Part shown: piece by piece, positions 43,522-51,880 of the stretch | Layout of the letters: each line of letters opens with the position of its first letter | How positions within the stretch are numbered: position 1 is the first letter of the stretch | Source of the DNA: Acidimicrobiia bacterium | GTDB lineage: Bacteria > Actinomycetota > Acidimicrobiia > IMCC26256 > DASPTH01 | Direction: 5' to 3' | DNA: 59,916 bases | Assembly: GCA_036271015.1 (NCBI GenBank) | Contig: DATBBL010000273.1 | Location: 1-59,916, forward strand | Translations under genes and position numbers: made by a program | The notes under the pieces: generated by a model | What the model saw: only the letters and a program-made list of their open reading frames with translations | Databases searched by the model: none | What the model was told of the DNA's origin: nothing

Positions 43522-45100
43522 TGCCTGCCTGCCCGACGGTGGGGTCCGCTCGATCCCCGCCCTCGCCCAATGGGCCGCGGCCCGCTACGGCGACGCGGAG
43601 GCGGTCGTCGACGGCACCACTCGTCTCACGTTCCGCGAGGTCGCGGCGCTTGCCCGCCGCGCGACCCGGGGGGCCATCGCACAGGGCATCGAACCCGGCG
43701 ACCGCGTCGCGATCTGGGCACCGAACTCGTGGGAGTGGATCGTGGCCGCCCTCGGCGCGCTCGGGGCCGGGGCCTGGCTCGTGCCGGTGAACACCCGCTT
43801 CAAGGGCGACGAGGCGGCGTACGTCCTCGATCGGTCCGGCGCGGTCGCGCTGTTCACCCTGCGCGGGTTCCTCGACACCGACTACGTCGCCCTGCTGCGC
43901 GATGCCGCGCCCGACCTGCCGTGCCTGGAACACCCGGTGCTGCTGGCCGGCGCGCACCACGACGAGGCGACCCTCGACGACTTCCTCGCCGCCGGTGACA
44001 CCGTCGACGACGCCGACGCGCTCGCTCGCATCGACGCGCTGGGACCCGACGACGTGGCCGACGTGATCTTCACGTCGGGCACCACCGGCCGGCCCAAGGG
44101 CGTGATGCTGGAGCACGGCGCGTCGCTGCGCGCGTTCGACCTGTGGGCGCGGCGGTTCGGGCTGCGCGAAGGCGACCGCTACCTCGTGGTCAACCCGTTC
44201 TTCCACTGCTTCGGGTACAAGGCGGGGTGGATGGCGTGCCTGCAGCAGGGCGCCGCTGCGCTCCCTCTGGCCACCCTCGACCTCGACCGGGTCCTCGAGC
44301 TGGTGGCCACCGAGCGGGTGTCGGCGCTGCCCGGGCCACCCACGCTCTTCACCTCGCTGCTCGACGCGCGTGGCGGTGACACCGACCTGCGCTCGCTCCG
44401 CATCGGCTTCGTGGGGGCGTCGACCGTGGCGCCCGAGCTGTTGCGCCGGATCCGGGCCGACCTGCCGTTCGAGTCGCTCACCACCGGGTACGGCCTCACC
44501 GAGAGTACGGCCATGGTCTCGATCACCCGCCCCGACGACGCTCCGGAACGGGTGGCGTACTGGAACGGCGGCTACCCGCTCGACGGCATCGAGGTGGCGA
44601 TCGCACCGGACCAGGAGATCCTCGTGCGCGGCTTCAACGTGATGCGTGGCTACTTCGGGGATCCCGAGGCGACCGCCGCCGTCATCGACGCCGACGGCTG
44701 GCTCCACACCGGCGACATCGGGGAGCGCAGCCCGGCCGGCGACCTGCGCATCTCGGACCGCAAGAAGGACATCTACATCTGTGGCGGCTTCAACGTCTCG
44801 CCCGCCGAGGTCGAGAACCTCCTGCTGCAGTGGGACGCCATCTCGCAGGTCGCGGTGGTCGGCACCCCGGACGACCGCTTGGGCGAGGTCGGCGCGGCGT
44901 TCGTCGTACCCCGCTCCGGTGCATCGCTGCGCGACGCCGACGTGATCGAGTGGGCGCGCGCCCACATCGCGAACTACAAGGTGCCGCGCTGGGTGGAGAT
45001 CGTCACCGCACTGCCGCTCAACGCGAGCGGCAAGGTGCTCAAGGGCGAGTTGCGCGCCCGCATGGAGCGTGGCCGCATGGAGCAGGAGCGCGGGGCATGA
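43514..45100 (+). CDS. Acyl-CoA ligase, FadD3-family-like
   Basis: 528 aa. ATG 43514 overlaps the upstream gene by 8 nt. Motifs FTSGTTGRPKGV, GYGLTE, WLHTGDIG, DRKKDIYICGGFNVSPAEVE (GGFN-type), GKVLK. Confidence 0.85.
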   Translation: MPDACLPDGGVRSIPALAQWAAARYGDAEAVVDGTTRLTFREVAALARRATRGAIAQGIEPGDRVAIWAPNSWEWIVAALGALGAGAWLVPVNTRFKGDEAAYVLDRSGAVALFTLRGFLDTDYVALLRDAAPDLPCLEHPVLLAGAHHDEATLDDFLAAGDTVDDADALARIDALGPDDVADVIFTSGTTGRPKGVMLEHGASLRAFDLWARRFGLREGDRYLVVNPFFHCFGYKAGWMACLQQGAAALPLATLDLDRVLELVATERVSALPGPPTLFTSLLDARGGDTDLRSLRIGFVGASTVAPELLRRIRADLPFESLTTGYGLTESTAMVSITRPDDAPERVAYWNGGYPLDGIEVAIAPDQEILVRGFNVMRGYFGDPEATAAVIDADGWLHTGDIGERSPAGDLRISDRKKDIYICGGFNVSPAEVENLLLQWDAISQVAVVGTPDDRLGEVGAAFVVPRSGASLRDADVIEWARAHIANYKVPRWVEIVTALPLNASGKVLKGELRARMERGRMEQERGA

Positions 45101-46071
45101 TCCGGGGCGATCGCAGGATCGACGTCACCGCGTCGGTGCACCACGTCGAGCCGCTCGAGGTGAGCGTGACGGTCGTCGCACCGAGCCCCGAGCAGCTGCC
45201 ACCCGGACCGTTCGTCGTCGTCGCCATCCCCGGCGGCACGTACCACCGCCGCTACTGGGACCTGCACCCTCCGGGGCGCCGCGGCTTCAGCCAGGCCGAG
45301 TTCCTGGCCGAGCGAGGGGTCGTCTTCGTCGCCTGCGACTACCTCGGCGGCGGCGACAGCTCGCGGCCCGACGACGGCGACTTCATCGGGCTCGAGGTGC
45401 AGGCGGATGCCGCCCACGGCGTGTTCGAGCACGTCCGCGACTCGCTCGCGCAGGGCACGCTCCTCGACGCGCTGCCCCCAGTCGCGGACCCGACGATCGT
45501 CGGCATCGGCCAGTCCCTCGGTGGGTTCATCACGATGATCCAGCAGGGCAAGTACGCCGACTACCCGGCGATCGGCATCTTCGGCGCCTCTCCCCTGCTG
45601 ATCGCCAACACCCGGGAGCAACCCGAGTGGGAGCGCCTGTCGGCCGCCGAGCGGCGGGCGTGGATCGCCGCGGAGAACGCGCGGCAGTCGGGCGGTCACG
45701 AATTGGCGATGTACCACGGCGCACCGAGGGAGCAGTACCGCGGCATCTTCCACGTGACCGACGTGCCCGACGACCTGCTCGCCTACGACGAGGCCGTGTG
45801 TCACACGGTCATCCCGCGCAACGCCGGGATCGATGGCATGACGCCCGGGTTCGCCCAGCCGTTCGCTGATCGGATCCGATCGCCGCTCTTCGTGGCGTTC
45901 GGCGAGTTCGACGTCTCGGCCGATCCGCACGCCGAGCCCGAGGGATTTCCCGGCTCATCCGACATCACGCTGGTGGTCGTCGCCCGGATGGCGCACATGC
46001 ACAACTTCGCCGAGACCCGTGCGCAGCTCTGGGCGCGCTTCCTCGAGTGGCTCCCCGTCACGCGGGTGTGA
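45097..46071 (+). CDS. Alpha/beta-fold hydrolase
   Basis: ATG 45097 overlaps the upstream stop (ATGA). 324 aa with nucleophile elbow GIGQSLGG and a late HMHNF His. Confidence 0.72.
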   Translation: MIRGDRRIDVTASVHHVEPLEVSVTVVAPSPEQLPPGPFVVVAIPGGTYHRRYWDLHPPGRRGFSQAEFLAERGVVFVACDYLGGGDSSRPDDGDFIGLEVQADAAHGVFEHVRDSLAQGTLLDALPPVADPTIVGIGQSLGGFITMIQQGKYADYPAIGIFGASPLLIANTREQPEWERLSAAERRAWIAAENARQSGGHELAMYHGAPREQYRGIFHVTDVPDDLLAYDEAVCHTVIPRNAGIDGMTPGFAQPFADRIRSPLFVAFGEFDVSADPHAEPEGFPGSSDITLVVVARMAHMHNFAETRAQLWARFLEWLPVTRV

Positions 46072-47245
46072 GCGGCCGCGGCTCCTTCGGGAGGCCGAGC
46101 ACGGTCTCGGCGAGGATGTTGCGCTGGATCTCCGAGCTCCCCGCGTAGACCGTGCCCGCGCGTGCGTTGAGGAGGAACACGTTGGCCCACGAGGCGGTCG
46201 AGTTCGGCGCGCCCGGGCTATCGGTGCGGACATTGCGCGACGGGCGCGGGCCCGTCGGCACCAGACCGTGCGGGCCGAGGATCAGCATCGCCAGCTCGGA
46301 GACCCGCTGGTGGTACTCGCTCCAGTAGAGCTTGCTGATCGACGCCGCCGGGCCGAGCTCGCCGTCGCGCAGGTACTGCGTGAGGATTCGGTCGCCGAGG
46401 TACCGCATGGTCTCGACCTTCATGAAGCACCACGCCAAACGGTCCCGCACGATGGGATCGCGGTCCCGCCCGTACTCCCGCGCCAGCGCGACCAGCCGGT
46501 CGAACTCGGCGCGAAAGAGGATCGGGTTGGTCGCGGCCTCCTCGCCGCGCTCGTGCGACAACAACGTCATCGCCACCGACCACCCGGCGCCGACCGCGCC
46601 CACGACGTTGTCGACGGGCGTGCGCGCGCCGGTGAAGTACACCTCGCAGAACTCGCGCTCGTGGTTGAGCATCTCGATCGGCCGGACCTCGATACCGGGC
46701 TGGTCCATGGGGCAGAGCAGGAACGTGATGCCCCGGTGCCCACGCGCCGCAGGGTCGGTCCGGGCGAGCAGGAAGATCCACGACGCGTCGGCCGCCAGCG
46801 ACGTCCAGATCTTCTGGCCGTCGATCACCCACTCGCCGCCGTGGCGCACCGCGCGGGTCGAGAGCGCGGCCAGGTCGGAACCGGCGTCGGGCTCCGAGTA
46901 GCCCTGGCACCAGCGGTCGGCGCCGGAGAGGATGCGCGGCAGGAACCGGCGCCGCTGCTCGTCGGTGCCCCAACGCAGGAGCGTGTTGCCCACCATCTTG
47001 ATCCCGAAGTTGTCGTACGGCGCGCCGGTGGGCACCCCCGCACGCGCGAACTCCTCGGCCAGCACGACCTGCTCGCGCTGGGTCAGGCCACCTCCGCCAT
47101 ACTCCCGGGGCCACGCGATCCCGAGGAACCCGTGATCGTGGAGGGTCCGCCGCCACGCCTCGGGGTCCGAGCCTGCGTCGCCGGCCTGGTACGCGTGCGC
47201 GGCGAGGAACGCGACAACCTGGTCGCGGAACTCCTCCTCGCTCAC
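46058..47245 (-). CDS. Acyl-CoA dehydrogenase
   Basis: GTG 47245 overlaps the stop of the upstream amidohydrolase (GTGA on the minus strand). 395 aa with WPREYGGGG, CQGYSEPDAGSDLAA, DGQKIWTS, VYAGSSEIQRNILAETVLGLPKEP. Confidence 0.9.
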   Translation of the reverse strand: MSEEEFRDQVVAFLAAHAYQAGDAGSDPEAWRRTLHDHGFLGIAWPREYGGGGLTQREQVVLAEEFARAGVPTGAPYDNFGIKMVGNTLLRWGTDEQRRRFLPRILSGADRWCQGYSEPDAGSDLAALSTRAVRHGGEWVIDGQKIWTSLAADASWIFLLARTDPAARGHRGITFLLCPMDQPGIEVRPIEMLNHEREFCEVYFTGARTPVDNVVGAVGAGWSVAMTLLSHERGEEAATNPILFRAEFDRLVALAREYGRDRDPIVRDRLAWCFMKVETMRYLGDRILTQYLRDGELGPAASISKLYWSEYHQRVSELAMLILGPHGLVPTGPRPSRNVRTDSPGAPNSTASWANVFLLNARAGTVYAGSSEIQRNILAETVLGLPKEPRPLTPA

Positions 47246-48444
47246 CGCGCGCCGAGCAGCGCTTCCGCGTTGTCGCGCATGATCTTGCGTTGGTCCGCGG
47301 GCGGCAGCGGGGACAGCAGCTTGGCGAAGTCGGCCGGCGTCGCCAGGCCTTCGGCATGCGGGTAGTCGGAGCCCATCACGATCGAGTCGGCGTGGCCGAG
47401 GTCCTCCACGATCTTGACCACGTCGTCCTCCGGGTACGGTGCCACCCGCACATGACGACGGAAGATCTCGCTCGGCCGTTCGCGCAGCGGCCCGCCGATC
47501 CACGGCCCGTTCCGGCCCATCCCCCGGCTCTTGTCCATGTGATGCACGAAGTGGGGCACCCATGACGCACCGAACTCCGAGGCCAGCACCATGAGCCCCG
47601 GGAACCGCCCGAACACGTTGTCGAAGATCAGCGCCGAGAGGGAGTCCTCGATCGGCCGCTCTCCATAGGTGTTCTGCCACTGCCACGCGGACATGTGCCA
47701 GGGTGCCGGCACCGGCTCGAGGCCCCACGCCGGACCGATGTGCTCGTTGTACCAGTGCTCCATGATGTGGAACGCGACGACCACGTTGGCTTCCTCGAGC
47801 CGCGCCCAGATCGGGTCGAAGTACGGGTCGCCCGGTGAGCGCCCGTGCGCGGGCCCGGTCGGGAACAGGACCACGCGCGCGCCACGGTCCAGGATGTCCT
47901 CGAGTTCGGCGACCGAGCGGTCGAGATCGCGGAACGAGAGCAGCGCGGTGGGCGAGATCCGGTCCCCGTCGAAGTCCCAGGTCTCGTCGAACCAGCGATT
48001 GAAGGAGTGAATGTTCGCGTAGGCAATCGGTGTGTCGGGCACATACTGCTCGACCGACAGCGCCATCGTCGACGGGTAGAGCACGCAGCGGTCGACGCCT
48101 TGCTCTTCGAGCAGCTCCATCCGCGCCGCCCGCTCCTGGAACTCGGGGCGCATCGGCATCGGTTCGTAGGTCTCGTCGGGATTGCCCGACGACATCTGTT
48201 TCAGCATCTCCTTCAGTGAGCCGGGGCGGTACGCCAGGTCGAAGCCCAGTCCTTGCTCGCTGTTGAACACCGCCACGCGGCGGTCGGCGAGCACGGTCTC
48301 GCTGCCGTCCGGCAGCCGTACCGGGAAGATCGACCGGTCGAGGAGATCCTTCGGCATGTACTTGGTGAACGCGTCGCGCTTCTCGTAGCAGTGCGTGTCG
48401 CAGTCGAACATGCCGATCGTCAGATCACTCAGAACGTCGCTCAT
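47242..48444 (-). CDS. Amidohydrolase_2 family protein
   Basis: 400 aa. Motifs MFDCDTHCYE (D-x-D-x-H variant), AFHIMEH, VMGSDYPHAEG. Confidence 0.85.
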   Translation of the reverse strand: MSDVLSDLTIGMFDCDTHCYEKRDAFTKYMPKDLLDRSIFPVRLPDGSETVLADRRVAVFNSEQGLGFDLAYRPGSLKEMLKQMSSGNPDETYEPMPMRPEFQERAARMELLEEQGVDRCVLYPSTMALSVEQYVPDTPIAYANIHSFNRWFDETWDFDGDRISPTALLSFRDLDRSVAELEDILDRGARVVLFPTGPAHGRSPGDPYFDPIWARLEEANVVVAFHIMEHWYNEHIGPAWGLEPVPAPWHMSAWQWQNTYGERPIEDSLSALIFDNVFGRFPGLMVLASEFGASWVPHFVHHMDKSRGMGRNGPWIGGPLRERPSEIFRRHVRVAPYPEDDVVKIVEDLGHADSIVMGSDYPHAEGLATPADFAKLLSPLPPADQRKIMRDNAEALLGAR

Positions 48445-48532
48445 TGCCGCACCACCCAGTTGGTCGCGCCCACGTGTGCCAATCGCTTCGGATGCTAGAA
48501 CCGCATGTGGTGGTCACCATTTGGACGGCGCA

Positions 48533-50209
48533 GTGAGCGGGCTCATCGTCCGCGGCGGTGAGGTCGTCGACGGGACCGGCGCGGCGTCCCGTAGCGCCGA
48601 CGTCCGCATCGCCGACGGCGTCGTCACCGAGATCGCCCCCGACCTGCGCCCCGCTGGCGAGCGCGTGCTCGATGCCGGCGGCGCCGTCGTCACGCCGGGC
48701 TTCATCGACTCGCACACGCACTTCGACCCCACGCTGTTCTGGGACCCCAGCTGCGATCCGATGCCGCAGCACGGCGTGACCACGGTGCTCATCGGGAACT
48801 GCTCGCTCTCGCTCGCGCCGCTCCGGCCGGAACAGCGCGACGGCCTGAGCGCGGTCTTCGCCTACGTGGAGGACATGCCCCCGTCGGTGTTCGCGGAGGC
48901 GGTGCCCTGGAGCTGGACGACGTTTCCCGAGTACCTCGAGGTGCTGCGCGCGCTGCCGTGCACGGTGAACGTGGCGACGCTCGTGGGTCACACTCCCCTC
49001 CGGATGTTCGTCATGGGCGACGACGCCTGGGACCGCGCCGCGACACCCGACGAGCGCGGCGCGATGGCCGAGGTGCTCGACGAGGCGCTCGGCGCCGGCG
49101 CGCTGGGGCTCTCGACCTCGTGGTTCGACGAAGACGCCCACAAGCGACCGACACCAAGCGTGCTCGCCGACGACGACGAGCTCGGCGAGCTCTTCGACGT
49201 GCTGGTCGACCGGAACGCGTTCCTCGAGTTCATCCCCGACGTCAAGACCAGTGCGTGGCGCGACGACGTCGAGCGCGTCGCCCGTCTCACCGGACCGCGC
49301 GGGCTGGTGTCGACGTTCAACGGCATCTTCTGCGACAACGACCGCCCGGCCCGCATCCTGGAGATCCTCGACCACATCGGGGAGCTCCAGGCGAGCGGCG
49401 TGCAGCTGTACCCCCAGGTGTCGCCGCGGGGCGTCGACGTCCGCGTGAACTGGTACGGCGGGATGTCGTTCTACGGGATGGCGGAGACCTGGCACCGGGC
49501 CGTGCAGGGCGACTCCGACGAGAAGCGCCGGATGCTCGCCGACCCGGCCTGGCGGCAACGGGCCCGCAACGAGTGGGACAGCACCCCGCGCACCATGTTC
49601 CCACACCGGTTCCCGGAACGCGTCCGTCTGGTCGAAGTGCGCGACCCGAGTTTGACGCCGTGGATCGGCCGCACGCTCGCCGAGCTGGTCGCCGAGCGCG
49701 GTGGCCATGCTTCGGACGTGCTGGCCGACTGGTTGCTCGAGAACGACCTCGAGCCCGGTGTCGTCGGGGTGGACGTCACCAACGCCGACGTCGAGGGCGT
49801 CGCCGCGATGCTGCAGCACCCCGCGGCCATCATCTCGAACAGCGACGCCGGCGCCCACCTGCAGATGATGTGTGCCAGCGGCGACACGACCCTGCTCCTC
49901 ACCCGTCACGTCCGCGAGCGCGGCGACTTCACGCTCGAAGGCGCCATCTGGCAGCTCACCGGCCGGCAGGCAACGACGTTCAACATGCCTGACCGCGGCG
50001 TCCTCCGGCCCGGGGCGATCGCCGACGTCACCGTGTTCGCGCTCGACGAGCTCCATTGGGACAAGGAGGAGTTCGTCACCGACCTGCCGCACGGCGGGCC
50101 CCGGTTCCGGCGGCCGCCGGGAGGCTACCGCTACACGGTGACCGCGGGCGAGGTCACCCAGGAGCGAGGTGTGCTCACCGGAGCGCGCCCCGGCGGCGTG
50201 GTGTCGTGA
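48533..50209 (+). CDS. N-acyl-D-amino-acid deacylase (D-aminoacylase) family amidohydrolase
   Basis: GTG 48533 inside ORF 48395..50209 (an alternative TTG lies 12 nt upstream). Motifs GLIVRGGEVVDGTG, PGFIDSHTHFD, SNSDAGAH, LRPGAIADVTVF. Confidence 0.8.
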   Translation: MSGLIVRGGEVVDGTGAASRSADVRIADGVVTEIAPDLRPAGERVLDAGGAVVTPGFIDSHTHFDPTLFWDPSCDPMPQHGVTTVLIGNCSLSLAPLRPEQRDGLSAVFAYVEDMPPSVFAEAVPWSWTTFPEYLEVLRALPCTVNVATLVGHTPLRMFVMGDDAWDRAATPDERGAMAEVLDEALGAGALGLSTSWFDEDAHKRPTPSVLADDDELGELFDVLVDRNAFLEFIPDVKTSAWRDDVERVARLTGPRGLVSTFNGIFCDNDRPARILEILDHIGELQASGVQLYPQVSPRGVDVRVNWYGGMSFYGMAETWHRAVQGDSDEKRRMLADPAWRQRARNEWDSTPRTMFPHRFPERVRLVEVRDPSLTPWIGRTLAELVAERGGHASDVLADWLLENDLEPGVVGVDVTNADVEGVAAMLQHPAAIISNSDAGAHLQMMCASGDTTLLLTRHVRERGDFTLEGAIWQLTGRQATTFNMPDRGVLRPGAIADVTVFALDELHWDKEEFVTDLPHGGPRFRRPPGGYRYTVTAGEVTQERGVLTGARPGGVVS

Positions 50210-50215
50210 GGCGCG

Positions 50216-50545
50216 CTACTTGCGCTTCTTGCGCTTCCCGAACCGGCGCGGCTTCTTCTGGAACTCGCTCATGATGTCGGGCGCGGCCGCGTTCACGATG
50301 TCCTCGGCCGCGTCGAGCAGGGCGGCGACGTCCTGGCCCTCCGGCTCCGCCTCCGGCGCCACGTAGCCCTCCGACAGCGACCCGACCTGCCAGCCGGCGT
50401 CGATCATCCGCCGCTCGTACCCGACGCAGTCGTCGGGGCAGCGCCACGGGGCCTCGGGCGCGAGGTCTACCCGGCACTTCCGCACCACCTCGCCGTTGGC
50501 GTAGGTGCGGCTCTCGTAATTCTTGCAGTCCGTCCGCATCGGCAT
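50216..50545 (-). CDS. Hypothetical small protein: N-terminal 4-Cys module, acidic middle, polybasic C-terminal tail
   Basis: 109 aa with high GC3. Cys at positions 7, 24, 36 and 40 (C-x16-C-x11-C-x3-C). C-terminus QKKPRRFGKRKKRK. I recognise no family. Confidence 0.65.
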   Translation of the reverse strand: MPMRTDCKNYESRTYANGEVVRKCRVDLAPEAPWRCPDDCVGYERRMIDAGWQVGSLSEGYVAPEAEPEGQDVAALLDAAEDIVNAAAPDIMSEFQKKPRRFGKRKKRK

Positions 50546-50597
50546 GGTGCTCAGTTTGTCCTCTCACCGGAGCGGGACACGGTCAACCCATTCCGCT

Positions 50598-50662
50598 CTC
50601 GGCACCTTCGGTGCCGGGCCGCTCAGGCCCCGGCTCCCTGCGGCGCAGGGTACCTGCGCCGC
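50598..50662. terminator. Cluster of strong hairpins in the 128-bp spacer between two unknown genes (terminator and/or 5'-UTR structure)
   Basis: CTCGGCACC-ttc-GGTGCCGGG (50598-50619; on the plus strand this reads as a c(UUCG)g tetraloop). A perfect 10-bp stem GCGGCGCAGG-gta-CCTGCGCCGC sits at 50640-50662. An imperfect CCGGG(G)CC/GGCCCGG stem lies between them. Confidence 0.4.
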
Positions 50663-50673
50663 GGCCGCTCGCC

Positions 50674-51231
50674 TCAGCCAAGCCAGTCGCCGGCGCATTC
50701 CAGCAGGTACCGGCTCACGTCGAGGCAGCGGTCGAGGACCTCGCACGACACCGCGTCGCCGTCGCGGATGTGGAGCAGCGACACCGACTGGTGGGCGACG
50801 ATCCGCAGCGAGCGCTCCGGCGCGTCGGTCGCGGCGGGGATGGAGTCGATGGCCGACACCTCCAGCGGGAGGTCGGGCCCGCCGCGGCCGGCGAGGTCGG
50901 TGGCCAGGACCAGCAGGTCGGGGTCGTGCGGGAGCGGGGGCAGCGCCCAGGTGAAGTTGAGCGGGAAGTGGAACTCGTCGGGCGGGTCCTCGACGTCGGC
51001 GCGTTCGATCACCGCGTCTTCGAAGCCGAGCAGCACGCGGGGGTCGATCTCGAGCGAGAGGTAGAGGTCGACCGGTCCCTCGCACCCCTCCTCGGGGTGG
51101 AGGTCGACCTCCCAGTTCTGGCGCAGCGAGTAGCTCTCGACGAAGTGCCGCTCGTCGTGGACGTGGAACCCGTGCTCGACCGCGTGGTCCTTGAGGTCGG
51201 CGACGAAGCCTGCGATGTCGATGACGGCCAC
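50674..51231 (-). CDS. Hypothetical acidic protein, function unknown
   Basis: 185 aa, GTG start, nearly uniform G/C third positions. Asp/Glu-rich, with no motif I can assign. Starts 30 nt downstream of the rdgB stop on the same strand. Confidence 0.7.
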   Translation of the reverse strand: MAVIDIAGFVADLKDHAVEHGFHVHDERHFVESYSLRQNWEVDLHPEEGCEGPVDLYLSLEIDPRVLLGFEDAVIERADVEDPPDEFHFPLNFTWALPPLPHDPDLLVLATDLAGRGGPDLPLEVSAIDSIPAATDAPERSLRIVAHQSVSLLHIRDGDAVSCEVLDRCLDVSRYLLECAGDWLG

Positions 51232-51261
51232 CTCTAGCGCTCCGCTTCCACTGCGCCTCCG

Positions 51262-51870
51262 CTACTCCGGGTCCAGGGCCTGGACGATCTTGAGCCCATC
51301 GGCCAGGGTACGGAACGCGCGGCCGCGGTGCGACACCCGGTGCTTCTCGGCCGCCGTCATCTCGGCGAAGGTGCGGCCGTCACCCTCGACCGGCACGAAC
51401 AGCGGGTCGTAGCCGAACCCGCCGTCACCCCGCGCCTCGCCGCCGATGGTGCCCTCGACGTCGCCGATGGCCGCCACCTCGCGCCCGTCCGGCCACCGGG
51501 CCAGCGCCACGGTGGTGAATCGGGCGGTGCGCTCCGGCCCGGGAACGTCGCGCAGCTCGCGGAGCAGCTTGGCCACGTTGTCGGCGTAGGTCGCGTCCTC
51601 GCCCGCGAACCGGGCGGAGTACACGCCCGGCGCGCCGAAGAGGGCATCGACCGAGAGCCCGGTGTCGTCGGCCACCGCCGGGAGTCCGGTGGCGTCGCAC
51701 AGCGCGACCGCCTTGAGGCGCGCGTTCTCCTCCAGCGTCTCACCGGTCTCGTCGACCTCGGGCACACCGGCGGGGCGTGGGACGAGGTCGACGTCGACGC
51801 CGGCGTCGTGCAGGACGACGCGGATCTCCTCGGCCTTGTCCGGATTGGCGGTGGCGAGGACGAGCCTCAT
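51262..51870 (-). CDS. rdgB: Non-canonical purine NTP pyrophosphatase (RdgB/HAM1)
   Basis: ATG 51870 inside ORF 51262..51981. 202 aa with MRLVLATANPDKAEEI, DDTGLSVDAL, GFGYDPLF, SHRGRA. Confidence 0.92.
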   Translation of the reverse strand: MRLVLATANPDKAEEIRVVLHDAGVDVDLVPRPAGVPEVDETGETLEENARLKAVALCDATGLPAVADDTGLSVDALFGAPGVYSARFAGEDATYADNVAKLLRELRDVPGPERTARFTTVALARWPDGREVAAIGDVEGTIGGEARGDGGFGYDPLFVPVEGDGRTFAEMTAAEKHRVSHRGRAFRTLADGLKIVQALDPE

Positions 51871-51880
51871 CGCCGGGACC

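Noticed and set aside
50546-50673. Possible riboswitch or known cis-regulatory RNA in the structured 128-bp spacer.
   Set aside because: - I cannot match the stems to any riboswitch or actinobacterial RNA motif I know (6C, ydaO, SAM-IV and others).
- Without an alignment for covariation it may simply be stacked terminators.
- It is therefore reported only as unexplained structure.
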